Below, piece by piece: positions 18,978-28,840 of a DNA stretch of 64,000 bases (positions are counted from its first letter, which is position 1; the number at the start of each line of letters is the position of its first letter). Under the pieces are notes generated by a model. The model ran no database searches. It was not told where the DNA came from and saw nothing but the letters and a program-made list of their open reading frames with translations. The DNA comes from a virus. Both the position numbers and the translations under genes were made by a program. Location of the stretch: IMG/VR virus record IMGVR_UViG_3300032313_000668, positions 54,252 through 118,251 of that record; one strand, written 5' to 3'.

Positions 18978-19038
18978 TTTCGTCCTTCCGTAATGATGTA
19001 ATACATAACCTACCTGACTTTTGCAGGAAAGTCAAATA

Positions 19039-19188
19039 CTACTTTTCTCTTGATGCAAGTAGAGCAGATGCCACCGACATAAAGCCAAGTGCAACCACTA
19101 ACTCGCTCTCACCTAAGACCGCATAGATGACTGAGCCCACACTAGCGAGCGCAGAGATAACCGCAGTCCATACGATTCCTTTAGACAT
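19039..19188 (-). CDS. Small two-helix membrane protein
   Basis: Hydrophobic ORF overlapping the upstream HTH gene. Confidence 0.6.
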   Translation of the reverse strand: MSKGIVWTAVISALASVGSVIYAVLGESELVVALGFMSVASALLASREK

Positions 19189-19384
19189 TTTCAACAGTCC
19201 TTTGCTTGTCTGGACGAGTCCTGCCAACCAGTCTTGCACTTGGGTCACGAAGTGTTACTCCTTTCATGTTGATTGCCTTCCTTGCTGTTCTATACGCCAC
19301 ACCAAGTTCAGATGCAACCGTTTCGATTGCCATGCCCTTGCTGTAGAGCTCCGCAGCTTGTTCGGCTATTCGAGTGCTCTTCAT
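19181..19384 (-). CDS. Small HTH DNA-binding protein
   Basis: LYSKGMAIETVASELGVAYRTARKAI..GV.LR. Confidence 0.8.
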   Translation of the reverse strand: MKSTRIAEQAAELYSKGMAIETVASELGVAYRTARKAINMKGVTLRDPSARLVGRTRPDKQRTVENV

Positions 19385-19404
19385 TTTTTACCTTTCGTCA
19401 TTGT

Positions 19405-19599
19405 TTACTTCCCAAAGATGTCTGGGAAACATTTATCCATTGTGTCAAAGCAATAGCCCTGACCCTCAACCCACCAAATACGAGTTGAAACATAATACAA
19501 ACCCATAAACGCAATAACCGCAAGCACAACCGCGAGCGCGAACGCCCAGCGACGGCGCAAGATGTATTTCCTGTCCATAAGCATTATGTAGTTTTTCAT
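19405..19599 (-). CDS. Small single-pass membrane protein
   Basis: YILRRR, TM helix, then YCFDTMDKC; follows a promoter cassette. Confidence 0.7.
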   Translation of the reverse strand: MKNYIMLMDRKYILRRRWAFALAVVLAVIAFMGLYYVSTRIWWVEGQGYCFDTMDKCFPDIFGK

Positions 19600-19690
19600 T
19601 TGTTTGTTTCCTTTCGTCATTTGTGTCTCTTGGGTCAATTGTTTCAACCTTCCTGACATTTGTCAAGGAATTAGTTCTTCGGCGTGTCGC
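19600..19690 (-). promoter_or_regulatory. Early promoter cassette
   Basis: Reverse strand: GCGACACGCCG, TTGACA, TGTCAGGAAGG, GACGAAAGGA. Confidence 0.75.
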
Positions 19691-20306
19691 TTCCGTATGA
19701 GTCGCCTTGCCAAACCTTCGGGTCTTGTTCAAGTAAGAACTTCTCAAAGGACTTGTTGCATAGTGCCCACTCGCTTCGCTTCTCACGAATAAGGTCAATG
19801 GCTTCACGAGCACCCATGCCCTCACGAATAAGAACCAATGCTGTGATGAGCCCTGAACGATTCCAACCAGCCTGACAACGAATAAGAACTCGCTTGCCAC
19901 GCTTCCAATCGGCATGAGCCAATCGCACAATGTCAAACAACTCTGCGGTATTCATCTTGTTGATGTCTGAGTCCCAAACTCCATAACGGAATTCTTTTAC
20001 AAACCAATCAACAGGATTAGCGTCCGCATACATTGTGATAACGGTGTCAAAGTTCTTTGGTGTAATCATTGGAACTTTTAGCTGTCTATCAACATCAAGG
20101 TCATCTGTTCCACCTTGCCAAAGTCCATTGAGCACCTCTGACCACAATGGGTCGTAGTAGCGTCGTCCAGCCTGACCGTAGTCTGGTCTCTCCAGATTTA
20201 CTAAGTCTGCTTCGTCTTCGGCATTGAGGTTCTCCCATAGAACTTGCGCTGACGCAACCTCTAGGTCTTCCCACTCTTTGTCTGTCATTTCTTTCACCTT
20301 CTTCAT
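19671..20306 (-). CDS. Dual-specificity / Cys-based protein phosphatase
   Basis: VLIRCQAGWNRSG (CX5R), AIDLIREKR...N..F. Confidence 0.85.
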   Translation of the reverse strand: MKKVKEMTDKEWEDLEVASAQVLWENLNAEDEADLVNLERPDYGQAGRRYYDPLWSEVLNGLWQGGTDDLDVDRQLKVPMITPKNFDTVITMYADANPVDWFVKEFRYGVWDSDINKMNTAELFDIVRLAHADWKRGKRVLIRCQAGWNRSGLITALVLIREGMGAREAIDLIREKRSEWALCNKSFEKFLLEQDPKVWQGDSYGSDTPKN

Positions 20307-20339
20307 TTCTTTCCTTTCGTCGTTGATGTATTTATTATT

Positions 20340-20561
20340 TCATACCTCCCTGCATTTTGTCAAGTGCAGGTGCTTGTAGTAGCCATGCTTCTTATAGAAC
20401 AAAGCACGAGCCTTCTGCGCTTTACGGCGAGCAAAGAACTTACTAACCGCACGGAACAGGAAGATGAAGTCGTCAATGCTTACTTCTGTCTTCTTTCCCC
20501 TGCCCGCCTTGCTAAGACGCTTTGCTGTTCCTACTAATGCGCTATCTGGAAATCCATACAT
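20340..20561 (-). CDS. Basic hypothetical protein
   Basis: ATG after AACGACGAAAGGA leader and promoter. Confidence 0.6.
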   Translation of the reverse strand: MYGFPDSALVGTAKRLSKAGRGKKTEVSIDDFIFLFRAVSKFFARRKAQKARALFYKKHGYYKHLHLTKCREV

Positions 20562-20673
20562 TGTGTGTCCTTTCGTCGTTATAGCAATAATAACAGAAAG
20601 TGCAGGAAGATGTCAAGTCCATTTAGGAAAGTTATTTGGAAGTGTCGGGGGGTAGCCCCCAGACATGAACGAA

Positions 20674-21237
20674 CTACCCAGACTGGGAGATTACATAGAT
20701 TGGTTCGCCAGAGGAGGGGTCTAGTCGAGTCGCAACTCCAACCGCACTCTTCACGGCGCTGCGTGCTGCGCTGATGGTGCGTTTTTTACCTTCAAGGGAG
20801 GTGTGCATTGAACCAAGAGCATAACCAGCTCCAGAACCCATTGAGTAAATGCCTGACTCGTCTGATGCCCAGTCGTAACCACCACCAATTTCATAGATGC
20901 GTCCGTGTATAACTACCAGCACGGAGGAGTCTTGTTCGCCCTTTTCCCCGTATTGAGCATCATCAAAACATTGTTTCAGAGCAGGAACGAACTTAGAAGA
21001 GATGAACTTGTCTAACTTGACGCCATACTCTGTTGCTGTTGGGACAGGAGGCTTGAAGGTATGTGCAAGTAGATTGACCGCACGCATGTCTCCCGCAGCG
21101 CCAAAGATGTATGCGCCATTTTTTACCACCTTGCCAGCATCTTTCGGCAGCACAAAGATGCGATTGTCTTCGGTAACTCGGCTGTCGTAGCCAATCACCG
21201 CCCAACCTTCGCCCTGGATAGCTGCAATCGTGGTCAA
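20674..21237 (-). CDS. Proteasome-beta/HslV-like Ntn-hydrolase
   Basis: TTG start then TTIAA...GYDSRVT...K...GAAGD...MGSGAGYALG...D..SG; RBS GGGAGAAGAG. Confidence 0.8.
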   Translation of the reverse strand: MTTIAAIQGEGWAVIGYDSRVTEDNRIFVLPKDAGKVVKNGAYIFGAAGDMRAVNLLAHTFKPPVPTATEYGVKLDKFISSKFVPALKQCFDDAQYGEKGEQDSSVLVVIHGRIYEIGGGYDWASDESGIYSMGSGAGYALGSMHTSLEGKKRTISAARSAVKSAVGVATRLDPSSGEPIYVISQSG

Positions 21238-21295
21238 GTTATTCTCTTCTCCCTGGAGCTGCTGCAACGCAGCTTGCGTATTTTTTACCTGAGCT

Positions 21296-21547
21296 TTAGT
21301 CTTCCCACAATAACTCACGCAGCGAATCTTCATGCTTATCGGCATGGTGATGTGCGTTGTTTTTTGCAGAGATGTCTTCCTCGTCAATGAGCCTGTCAAG
21401 AGAAAGAACCGCAACGCAGCCTTCCTCCTCGAACATCACAACAAGTTTGGTTTCCCCATCATTTGGGTCGTCAATGATTGCTGCTATGAACGGCGTGGCA
21501 GAGCCATTTTGGTGGAAGGACTTATCTACGATACTTGGTCTCAACAT
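21296..21547 (-). CDS. Hypothetical protein
   Basis: FHQNG..A.PF motif; plausible RBS. Confidence 0.65.
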   Translation of the reverse strand: MLRPSIVDKSFHQNGSATPFIAAIIDDPNDGETKLVVMFEEEGCVAVLSLDRLIDEEDISAKNNAHHHADKHEDSLRELLWED

Positions 21548-21779
21548 AGGTCTACTTTACCTCTCCTGCTAGGAGATGATTGTAAAAGAAAAGCCCCTCC
21601 GAAGAGGGGCGTTTCTATAATAGATTTCTACAAAACACCTATCCCCCGCAGGGAGTCAAGGGATAGATGCGGTGGGAGGTAGAACCCACCTCATCACGAG
21701 AGTGCGAGACTAACTCAAGCAACTGCCGTGGAACTCTAGGATAAATGATTTTTTACCTAGTGATTCCACCGCGAGCGCG

Positions 21780-22019
21780 TTAGTCTTCCTCTTCCTCATC
21801 GTCAATGCCTATACCAATCTCATGTGATACCGCACCAACGTCCCAGCCGTAGTATTCCTTTAGCCAAACATTTGCAAGTCTTGATGCGAAGTCGTGGTCA
21901 TCTTCGCCTTCCTCCCGCAACTGCTCGTCAAGAACAACTGTGGTCATCAGGGTGAAATAGTCACCAACAAAAATAACTTCCTTCGTCAGCTCTATGTGGT
22001 CAATCTCAGGCAGCGACAT
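21780..22019 (-). CDS. Acidic hypothetical protein
   Basis: ORF in an operon of small genes. Confidence 0.7.
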   Translation of the reverse strand: MSLPEIDHIELTKEVIFVGDYFTLMTTVVLDEQLREEGEDDHDFASRLANVWLKEYYGWDVGAVSHEIGIGIDDEEEED

Positions 22020-22245
22020 TTTTTACCTCATCTACTATTTCGACTAATAGTTCGGCAGCATCGCTTTGCCAACCAAACTCTCCATCTTCATACTTCACAA
22101 CAACATCAGCCCACTCTTCATCTGTGATGGGAGGAACATCGTTGCCTCGGTATCCATCAACACAATCCTTGTCCCAGTAAGCCACAATGAGTTCCGCGTC
22201 ATCTGGATAACTTTCTAATTGCTTCTTCAGGTCTTTGACTAACAT
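22006..22245 (-). CDS. Acidic hypothetical protein
   Basis: M.VKDL...LE.YP.D phage-type N-terminus. Confidence 0.7.
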   Translation of the reverse strand: MLVKDLKKQLESYPDDAELIVAYWDKDCVDGYRGNDVPPITDEEWADVVVKYEDGEFGWQSDAAELLVEIVDEVKNVAA

Positions 22246-22524
22246 TTTTACCTAGCCTCCTCTGGGCAATCTGCGTATGGGTTTTCATTTCCTTCATTGT
22301 CTTCGCATGTGCAGAAACCAAACTTCTCTACCTGTGTCTTGTGGGTCAAGTCCGCAAGGTCGCTCCAATACATAACTTCTTTGCTCATTACTCCTCCACC
22401 TCACAATCATGTCCAGCGTGCCACTCGCTTGCTTGCTCTTCATCGAACATGTCGAACTTGCGTCCGCACTCGATACAGATTTGATTTGACTGCTCTAGAA
22501 CAATCCGCATGATGTCTTGCATTT

Positions 22525-22776
22525 TTACTTCTCCTGCTCTGCTAGATACTGTGCAATTTCTTCTTGGGTTGTGCCCTGTGCTTTTTGCAAGTTAGCCCAT
22601 AGATTTCCAGCGGTGGCATACATGTCCATAAGTGAGAACAATTTTTCCATGCTGTAATCTTTGTGGTTGCGGTGCTTCTCAATGTATTCGGTAAGCATTT
22701 GCATAACCGCACTTACTCCCTGTGTGGCAAGGTGTAATTCAACCCTGTCTAATTCAACTACTATCTTTTCGTCCAT
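22525..22776 (-). CDS. Hypothetical protein
   Basis: ATG after AACGACGACAGGGAG leader and promoter cassette (22790-22865). Confidence 0.7.
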   Translation of the reverse strand: MDEKIVVELDRVELHLATQGVSAVMQMLTEYIEKHRNHKDYSMEKLFSLMDMYATAGNLWANLQKAQGTTQEEIAQYLAEQEK

Positions 22777-22926
22777 TTTCTTCTCCCTGTCGTCGTTTTT
22801 ACTTCTTGCTACTATTCTACGACTTACCTGCATTTTGTCAAGCTTTTGTTTTATCGGCGTGTCGTAAAGAGAAACCCCCCGACTCTGGGGGAGAGTCGAG
22901 GGGCTTCGGTGTGAAATAAGGGGGGC

Positions 22927-23271
22927 TTACTTCACAACCAGAACCACATAATCTGTGGCGGTCTGAGTGGCTTCATAAGCCTCGGGGAAAGCAAGTGCTA
23001 ACTTCTTTGAGTCCACGCCTGTGCGTGAACGCTTCTGGGCTTCGATACGGATTTTTCCGTCTACGATTCCAACTTCGGCGTCTCCAAGAACTTCCTTGAT
23101 TTGTGCTTCAAGTTCTTTCTTGGTCTTTTCCAATTCGGTAATCATTGTGCGTGTTGCCACGAACTGGTCAATTACTGCTTGGGTGTCTGCGTTGAGTTCT
23201 ACTGATGTGTTCTCAACCTTTGCGATGTTTACTACTTTTACTACTTCTACTGCTACTGATGCCTTAGACAT
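22927..23271 (-). CDS. Coiled-coil protein resembling the C-terminal part of YqaJ-type recombinases
   Basis: ELEAQIKEVLGDAEVG...R..VDSKKL...PEAY; own promoter cassette (23350-23420). Confidence 0.55.
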   Translation of the reverse strand: MSKASVAVEVVKVVNIAKVENTSVELNADTQAVIDQFVATRTMITELEKTKKELEAQIKEVLGDAEVGIVDGKIRIEAQKRSRTGVDSKKLALAFPEAYEATQTATDYVVLVVK

Positions 23272-23599
23272 AACTAAGACTCCTTTTCATTTTGTCATTA
23301 TCCCGAACCCAATGTTGGGGACTTTTTGCTAGGTTTCCCTAACAAGAACTACATTACACGACCTCTCTGACATTTGTCAAGCCGTGTCGCAACTTTTTTG
23401 ATAACAGTTTGATAACGGAAATTTTCCCATTTTCGGTAAGTAAGTTGGAAATTTTCCAGCCCCCAACTTGCCAATAACTTTTACGCTACCCGAAGGGGTT
23501 GGTGGTCTGAGTCTTTTGTGCACATAGGGTTTTCGGTGGAATCCACCCAACGACCGAAGTCGAGGTGGATTTCCCAACCGCATGATTGACATGTTGTCA

Positions 23600-23824
23600 T
23601 TAGTGAGTCCCGAACATCTCTGTCCAACACTTGGGGTGAGTTCCTGAAAGAATTTGCTCACGGAGAGCTTTATCCATCTCAGGAAAGCACTCTTGAATTG
23701 GTGCTTTGAGTTGTCTAGCAAGGAAACCAGCCGTAGGAACTTCTACTTCGCCAATGTCTCCGCACCATGAACATTTTGGTGTTGCCATCATTACAGTTTT
23801 ATCGTTTAGTGAAATGCCTATCAT
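23600..23824 (-). CDS. Small zinc-binding protein
   Basis: CSWCG...IQECFP...RE..LSGTHPKCW. Confidence 0.7.
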   Translation of the reverse strand: MIGISLNDKTVMMATPKCSWCGDIGEVEVPTAGFLARQLKAPIQECFPEMDKALREQILSGTHPKCWTEMFGTH

Positions 23825-24004
23825 TTTTCTCCCCTTATACATTTGTCGCAAGATGCGCCGTGGTTGTAGTCTCTTTCTGCAATCTGAAATGTCTCACCGC
23901 ACAACCAGCAACCAATGTAAATCATTACTTGCTTGCGTGCCTTTGTCTTTGTAGCCATTTCCTGTCCTTTCGTCGTTTTGCCTTACAAAAGAAATAATAC
24001 TCTT

Positions 24005-24469
24005 TTATGCAGAGAAGTCAAGCGAAGACACGCCGAAGTTTTCAATTTCTTTTGCGTTCGCTATCTCCTCGTCAAGCCAAGCCATCGCAGATTGAAGAGC
24101 CTCGTTGATGTCGTGGGTCACGCAATCTAGGTGCTCACCCTGAACATACAAATCGAACCACGGGTTGTTGATGTGTTGGAGTTCTTCCGCCTCGATGGCA
24201 TCTGTGAATTTTTTATCTGTGTCGTAGCCCGCAGCAAGTAAGTCACCCCCATCGTAGATGCTGATGTCTTGCTCCCCCTTGCGATACCGCATGTCGCCAT
24301 CAAGATAGATGTCCACCAAGAAGCCTTCTTTTTTTACCTCACATACGAGCGAGGTGCTGCACTTGTAGAACTCTGAAGCTGTCTGGTCGCCAGGCAGCGG
24401 GAAGCCGAAGCTCCAGGAAACATCAAAGCCTTCGGTATCAACCAGGAACACTATTGGTCGTATCGTCAT
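24005..24469 (-). CDS. Hypothetical protein (NNPWF motif)
   Basis: 154-aa ORF with GGAGG RBS. Confidence 0.7.
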   Translation of the reverse strand: MTIRPIVFLVDTEGFDVSWSFGFPLPGDQTASEFYKCSTSLVCEVKKEGFLVDIYLDGDMRYRKGEQDISIYDGGDLLAAGYDTDKKFTDAIEAEELQHINNPWFDLYVQGEHLDCVTHDINEALQSAMAWLDEEIANAKEIENFGVSSLDFSA

Positions 24470-24614
24470 TTTTTACCTCCGTCGTTTTGAGAAACGAAGA
24501 GCCCCGCCGTTTTCTGTGAGGGACGACGAGACTCTCCGTTTTTACCACAACTCTCTCCGCAGGTTTGGACACACGCTGGAAGGACGCATACCCGCTTTGA
24601 GAGGTCTATTGAGT

Positions 24615-26426
24615 TTAGGCGTTGAGCCTACCCACATTTGTAAGTTCCCCAGCAGCACGCCTACCGATTTCGGAAGCAGCGCCTGTTGGGTCTAGCACTC
24701 CTGACATGACCGCCACCTTGCCGTGTCGTGTCAGTCTCTCAGCATAATGCCCTCCGTCAAACGGAAGCCATAAAATGGCTACGCCTGACTCGTTGCATCT
24801 AGCAATCCACTTCCTTGCAAACTCTCGTTCTTCGGTAGTGTATTGACCATCTGAGACGACAACCAGCAGTCTAGCACCGCTTCCGTTCAGAAGATTGAGG
24901 CTTCCGTCAAGTGCTCGAAAAGCCTTGTCGAACTTCTCCGTGCCATCAGGTGCATTATAGACATTTACATCTTCTAGGTGTTGCCCTGACTTTAGGGTCG
25001 GAAACACATCTGAGCCGTAATAAACCATCGCACACTTGCCTTGCACACGGCGAACCGCCTCCGACATAACCCACGCTGTGGTTGCCATTGGTTGCATCGC
25101 AGAACCCATCGAACCTGAGATGTCCACCATCACGCCAACTGTAAGTGTTGGGTCTTCGGTGTGCTTGCGAACTGTGCGACGAAACGGCGCAACCTGTTGC
25201 ATCACGCCACGCTCTTTGAGTGCTCGACCTTGAACCATCTGTCGAGTGCGTAGACGCCCTGGAGGTGTGATGCTTGCAATCTCTACCGCATCACGCTCAC
25301 GATACTTTGCCTTTTCTAGCATCTGTGCAATCTGAACAGCAGCAATTCTCTCTTGTGGAGTTGGCTTGCGAGTCTCAACTAGGCGAGAGCCAGTCTTTGA
25401 TGTGCCGACACCTGTGGATTTGTCAAACACCTCTTTTGCAGTATCTCTGTTCTTCTGTTGCTCTTTCGACTCTGCTTGCTTATCTTTTACTTCTTGTTCC
25501 CACTCTTCGGCTTGCTCTTGGTCTGCGAGCGCATCTGCGTTGCCAATCGAAATAACCGCACCTGCTTCTTCTAGTGCGTCCATCAGCATCTTTGCAAACT
25601 CTTTAGACATACCACTTGAGCCTTCGCCATCTTCGCCTGACTCAGGTTTGCCATCTTCTCCCTGACCATCGCCTTTTTCTTCGGCAACTTCACGAATAAT
25701 CTTTGCCCACTCTTTAGCAAGTGGATAAAGAGGTTCGGCATTGGCATGCATTGTGTGTGCTTGGAATTTGTGTGCAATCGCACGCAACTTCGCAATAACT
25801 TCGGGAGTCATGTAGCCATCTACTAACTCGACTAAATCTTTTACTTCATCGGCATCGAGGATACCCGCATCTATACGAGCATGAACTGTTGCCACCAAAA
25901 AAGCAGCACTCTGAGTATTTGATGAGGTCTCGAACTTTTCTTTGGCATCTGAGATAACGATGTCCATCGCACATGCACGCAGGAAGTTGAGAGACTCAGG
26001 CATCGCCAAAAGCCCCTGAGCTTCAATACGACTTTCCTCTAATAGGACAAGTGCTTGGTGCTCATCTTTTTCTAAATCTTTGTATGCTTTTTCTAAATCC
26101 CAATTAGAGAACTTTGCGTGAAACGCCTCATGCATAATTGCACCAGTTGCTTTTGCAAACTCGAACTGTGTTGCTCTTTCAGTAAGGTCTCCAACTTGCT
26201 CAGGGGAAACCATCTTGCCAAAAGCAATCGCTGTATCTACTTCAATCTCTGCGAGCGCAGGGTTGTAGCACGCTGGTGCTCCATGTCCTGCATCTGTTCC
26301 AACATAACCAACTAGGTCATGGCGCTCACTCCATTTGTTAGCAAGTTCGCCAATCGCACGACCTACGGCAAGCCACTCAGGTGGAGTGTTGCTTGCTCTG
26401 TTCTCGCTGTGCTTTAGATGTGCCAT
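24615..26426 (-). CDS. vWA-domain protein with N-terminal HExxH metallopeptidase-like domain (CobT/NorD-like)
   Basis: MHEAFHA...LLEESRIE; MIDAS VDISGSM, VVVSDG. Confidence 0.85.
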   Translation of the reverse strand: MAHLKHSENRASNTPPEWLAVGRAIGELANKWSERHDLVGYVGTDAGHGAPACYNPALAEIEVDTAIAFGKMVSPEQVGDLTERATQFEFAKATGAIMHEAFHAKFSNWDLEKAYKDLEKDEHQALVLLEESRIEAQGLLAMPESLNFLRACAMDIVISDAKEKFETSSNTQSAAFLVATVHARIDAGILDADEVKDLVELVDGYMTPEVIAKLRAIAHKFQAHTMHANAEPLYPLAKEWAKIIREVAEEKGDGQGEDGKPESGEDGEGSSGMSKEFAKMLMDALEEAGAVISIGNADALADQEQAEEWEQEVKDKQAESKEQQKNRDTAKEVFDKSTGVGTSKTGSRLVETRKPTPQERIAAVQIAQMLEKAKYRERDAVEIASITPPGRLRTRQMVQGRALKERGVMQQVAPFRRTVRKHTEDPTLTVGVMVDISGSMGSAMQPMATTAWVMSEAVRRVQGKCAMVYYGSDVFPTLKSGQHLEDVNVYNAPDGTEKFDKAFRALDGSLNLLNGSGARLLVVVSDGQYTTEEREFARKWIARCNESGVAILWLPFDGGHYAERLTRHGKVAVMSGVLDPTGAASEIGRRAAGELTNVGRLNA

Positions 26427-26569
26427 TTTGTATCCTTCCGTTTTATGTCTCGGTGTCCAATCGAGTAATGCAATTCTATAATGAAAAGTTGTTGGGTGTC
26501 AAGTTAGGGTGGGAGAGGAGCGACACCCATGAAGCCCCTCCCCCTCAGCGAAATCTAAAACGAGGAGGA

Positions 26570-27604
26570 TTAGATTTTCGCTGGCTTGCACTCGGTGGCA
26601 TACACACGAGTCAAGACATCAGCCACAATGGCTCTGTCCAACTCAGGTGAAGCAGCGAGCAGATTAGAAATCGCAAACTCAGTTCCGAAAGTTTCTGCGA
26701 TGTCACGGAACGCAAGTAGTTCACGCATCTGTGGCGACCATGAAACTTCACGAGCCAGTTGCTTCTTTGCCAAGTTTTGAGCAGCAGTCACCAATGGTGT
26801 TGGCACGCCCATCTTGCGAGACAAGTTCCAGTCGGTAGTCATTTCAACCTGCAAGGTGAAACGAGATAGCAACGCCTCAGAGAGACGAACTCCTGGAGCA
26901 TTTGGGTTAGTTGCAGCAACTACAAAGAACTCGGGGTGAGCCTTGATAGTTCCTCGCTCAGGGTTTGCTGTGATTGTAAGTTCACGGCGTCCGTCCATCA
27001 GTCCGTAGACGATTGAAAGAACCTTAGGGTCAATCAAACCAATCTCGTCAATGAAGTAAACGCCACCAGTTTCGGCTGCTTTTACCAAGTCGCCATCAAC
27101 CCACTCGAAGCCACCCGCAGGTGTCTGAACATAGCCACCAATCATGTCGGCAACTTCTGTATCGCCAGTTCCCATCAAGGTGTAAACATCTGAGTAAGCA
27201 GCTTCGACGAGTGCAGTTTTACCGCACCCTGGAGCGCCATAGAGAAGTGCGAACATCGCAGAACCTCCAGAGCCAGCAAACACTTTCGATGTTGCCTCAC
27301 GAGCCTTGCGTAGTGTTAGAACATCTGAGTGTCCACCCCACTTGCGACCAAAATACTGTGAACCATTTGGACGAGTGTAAGCCTCTTCGCCTTCCATGCC
27401 ATCAACCGCAACTGCTTGGTCAATCGCCTTCTTGCGAGGTGCACGCTCTGCACCTGATGCACGAGCAACATAGCGACCTGTTGGGTTCACTTTTGCGCTC
27501 AGTTGAACAGATGCTTCTTCGTTTCCGAACTGAGAAACAGTATCTATTACTGCGTCCCAAAATCCTGCGCCAATGTCGGCGTAGCGTTCTTTTAGAGTTT
27601 CCAT
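26570..27604 (-). CDS. MoxR/CbbQ/CobS-family AAA+ ATPase
   Basis: GAPGCGKT Walker A, YFIDEI Walker B, AATNP, EALLSRF. Confidence 0.9.
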   Translation of the reverse strand: METLKERYADIGAGFWDAVIDTVSQFGNEEASVQLSAKVNPTGRYVARASGAERAPRKKAIDQAVAVDGMEGEEAYTRPNGSQYFGRKWGGHSDVLTLRKAREATSKVFAGSGGSAMFALLYGAPGCGKTALVEAAYSDVYTLMGTGDTEVADMIGGYVQTPAGGFEWVDGDLVKAAETGGVYFIDEIGLIDPKVLSIVYGLMDGRRELTITANPERGTIKAHPEFFVVAATNPNAPGVRLSEALLSRFTLQVEMTTDWNLSRKMGVPTPLVTAAQNLAKKQLAREVSWSPQMRELLAFRDIAETFGTEFAISNLLAASPELDRAIVADVLTRVYATECKPAKI

Positions 27605-27622
27605 TTTTACTTCTCCTCGTTC

Positions 27623-28075
27623 TTATGCAATCTCGGCTGGGAAGCCAAGAGCGTCTCTTGTTTGGTTGATGCGATACATCAACTTGTTGGGTGTCTTAGA
27701 TAGTTTGACATCATCAAGGTCTTTCTTAGATGTCTCAATGAATAGAGTGTCCTTAGTCAATGTCCAGCCACCATTTTTGATGCCATCGAACAACTGAACT
27801 GCGAAACTCATACGAGTCTCTGTGAACTTCTCTTTTGCATCATTTGCGAGCGCCTCACCATTTAGGTCTGAGACTGCACGCCATGACAAGCCAGAACTGC
27901 GCCATTGTTTCTTTGGAGTCAATGGAGTAGTGACCCTGCGATAAAGTGATGCAGGAACTTCTTTTCCATCATTGGCGTAGCCATCAGGAGTGATGAGTAT
28001 TTGCATCATCGCCCCAGGTTTGCGGAACTCCGCATAAAGTGCAATTCCTTGCACATCTTTCGTTGCATCTAGCAT
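27623..28075 (-). CDS. Hypothetical protein co-transcribed with AAA/vWA
   Basis: GAAAGGA RBS; promoter with inverted TGCAGGAAG at 28143. Confidence 0.75.
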   Translation of the reverse strand: MLDATKDVQGIALYAEFRKPGAMMQILITPDGYANDGKEVPASLYRRVTTPLTPKKQWRSSGLSWRAVSDLNGEALANDAKEKFTETRMSFAVQLFDGIKNGGWTLTKDTLFIETSKKDLDDVKLSKTPNKLMYRINQTRDALGFPAEIA

Positions 28076-28191
28076 CTTGTTTCCTTTCGGGTTATGGGTG
28101 TCTGCTAGGACTTATTTAGTTATGTTCTTATCATAGAGAGGAGTGCAGGAAGATGTCAAGTCCAAACACCCCTCTCTTGATAACAATTTGA

Positions 28192-28647
28192 TTACGAGGT
28201 GAAGACCTTTGCTAAATCAGGATACTTAGCAAGGAACTCTTCGTTCTTTTGCTTGTCCAATTCCATTGTTGAATTAGGAACTAGAACTTCGTAATTCGAG
28301 ATGTAATCATCGAAGCTAATTTCTGCAAGCACATTGTCTGAGTTGTCGTTTTCACAAACCAAAACCATTTGCTTTTCAAAATCTGCAATCAAGATGTAGT
28401 TGTAATCTGCACCATGTGAAGTGCCACCTACATAAAGACCAAAACCAGTTTCGCTAGTCCATTGGTCTCCAACTAACTGCGAAACCATAATGCGTGTTGC
28501 ATAAGAGTCATCTGACCAGCGTGGTCGTGCTGCCCCTAATGCCTCAGCAAACCAGCGATTTTGTTCTTCGCCAGACCAATGCTGATACAAAAAGATTGTT
28601 GGTGTTGCAGACTTTGCTCTAAAACCTGCTACTGCTCTATCTCCCAT
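28192..28647 (-). CDS. Conserved phage hypothetical protein (MGDRA...Y.HW.G)
   Basis: ORF behind a full promoter cassette (28660-28757). Confidence 0.75.
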   Translation of the reverse strand: MGDRAVAGFRAKSATPTIFLYQHWSGEEQNRWFAEALGAARPRWSDDSYATRIMVSQLVGDQWTSETGFGLYVGGTSHGADYNYILIADFEKQMVLVCENDNSDNVLAEISFDDYISNYEVLVPNSTMELDKQKNEEFLAKYPDLAKVFTS

Positions 28648-28840
28648 GATGTGTCCTTATCGTCGTTATCCCTGCCTGTGTGGCATTGAGATAAGTATTG
28701 CATCATCTCCCTGCACTTGTCAAGTCCATTTGAAAAAATCTTTTTCGGCGTGTCGCGGAAATGTTAGTGAGCCAGTTTTATCACGACATGGCTCAGGTCG
28801 GTGTTCAGGAGGAAACGACGAAGAAACCTCCCGAAGTTTT

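Noticed and set aside
24615-27604. AAA and vWA pair as cobaltochelatase CobS/CobT belonging to the B12 module
   Set aside because: No CobN is visible. MoxR AAA/vWA pairs are common chaperone-like modules in large phages, and this pair sits in the early region far from nrdJ and pduO.
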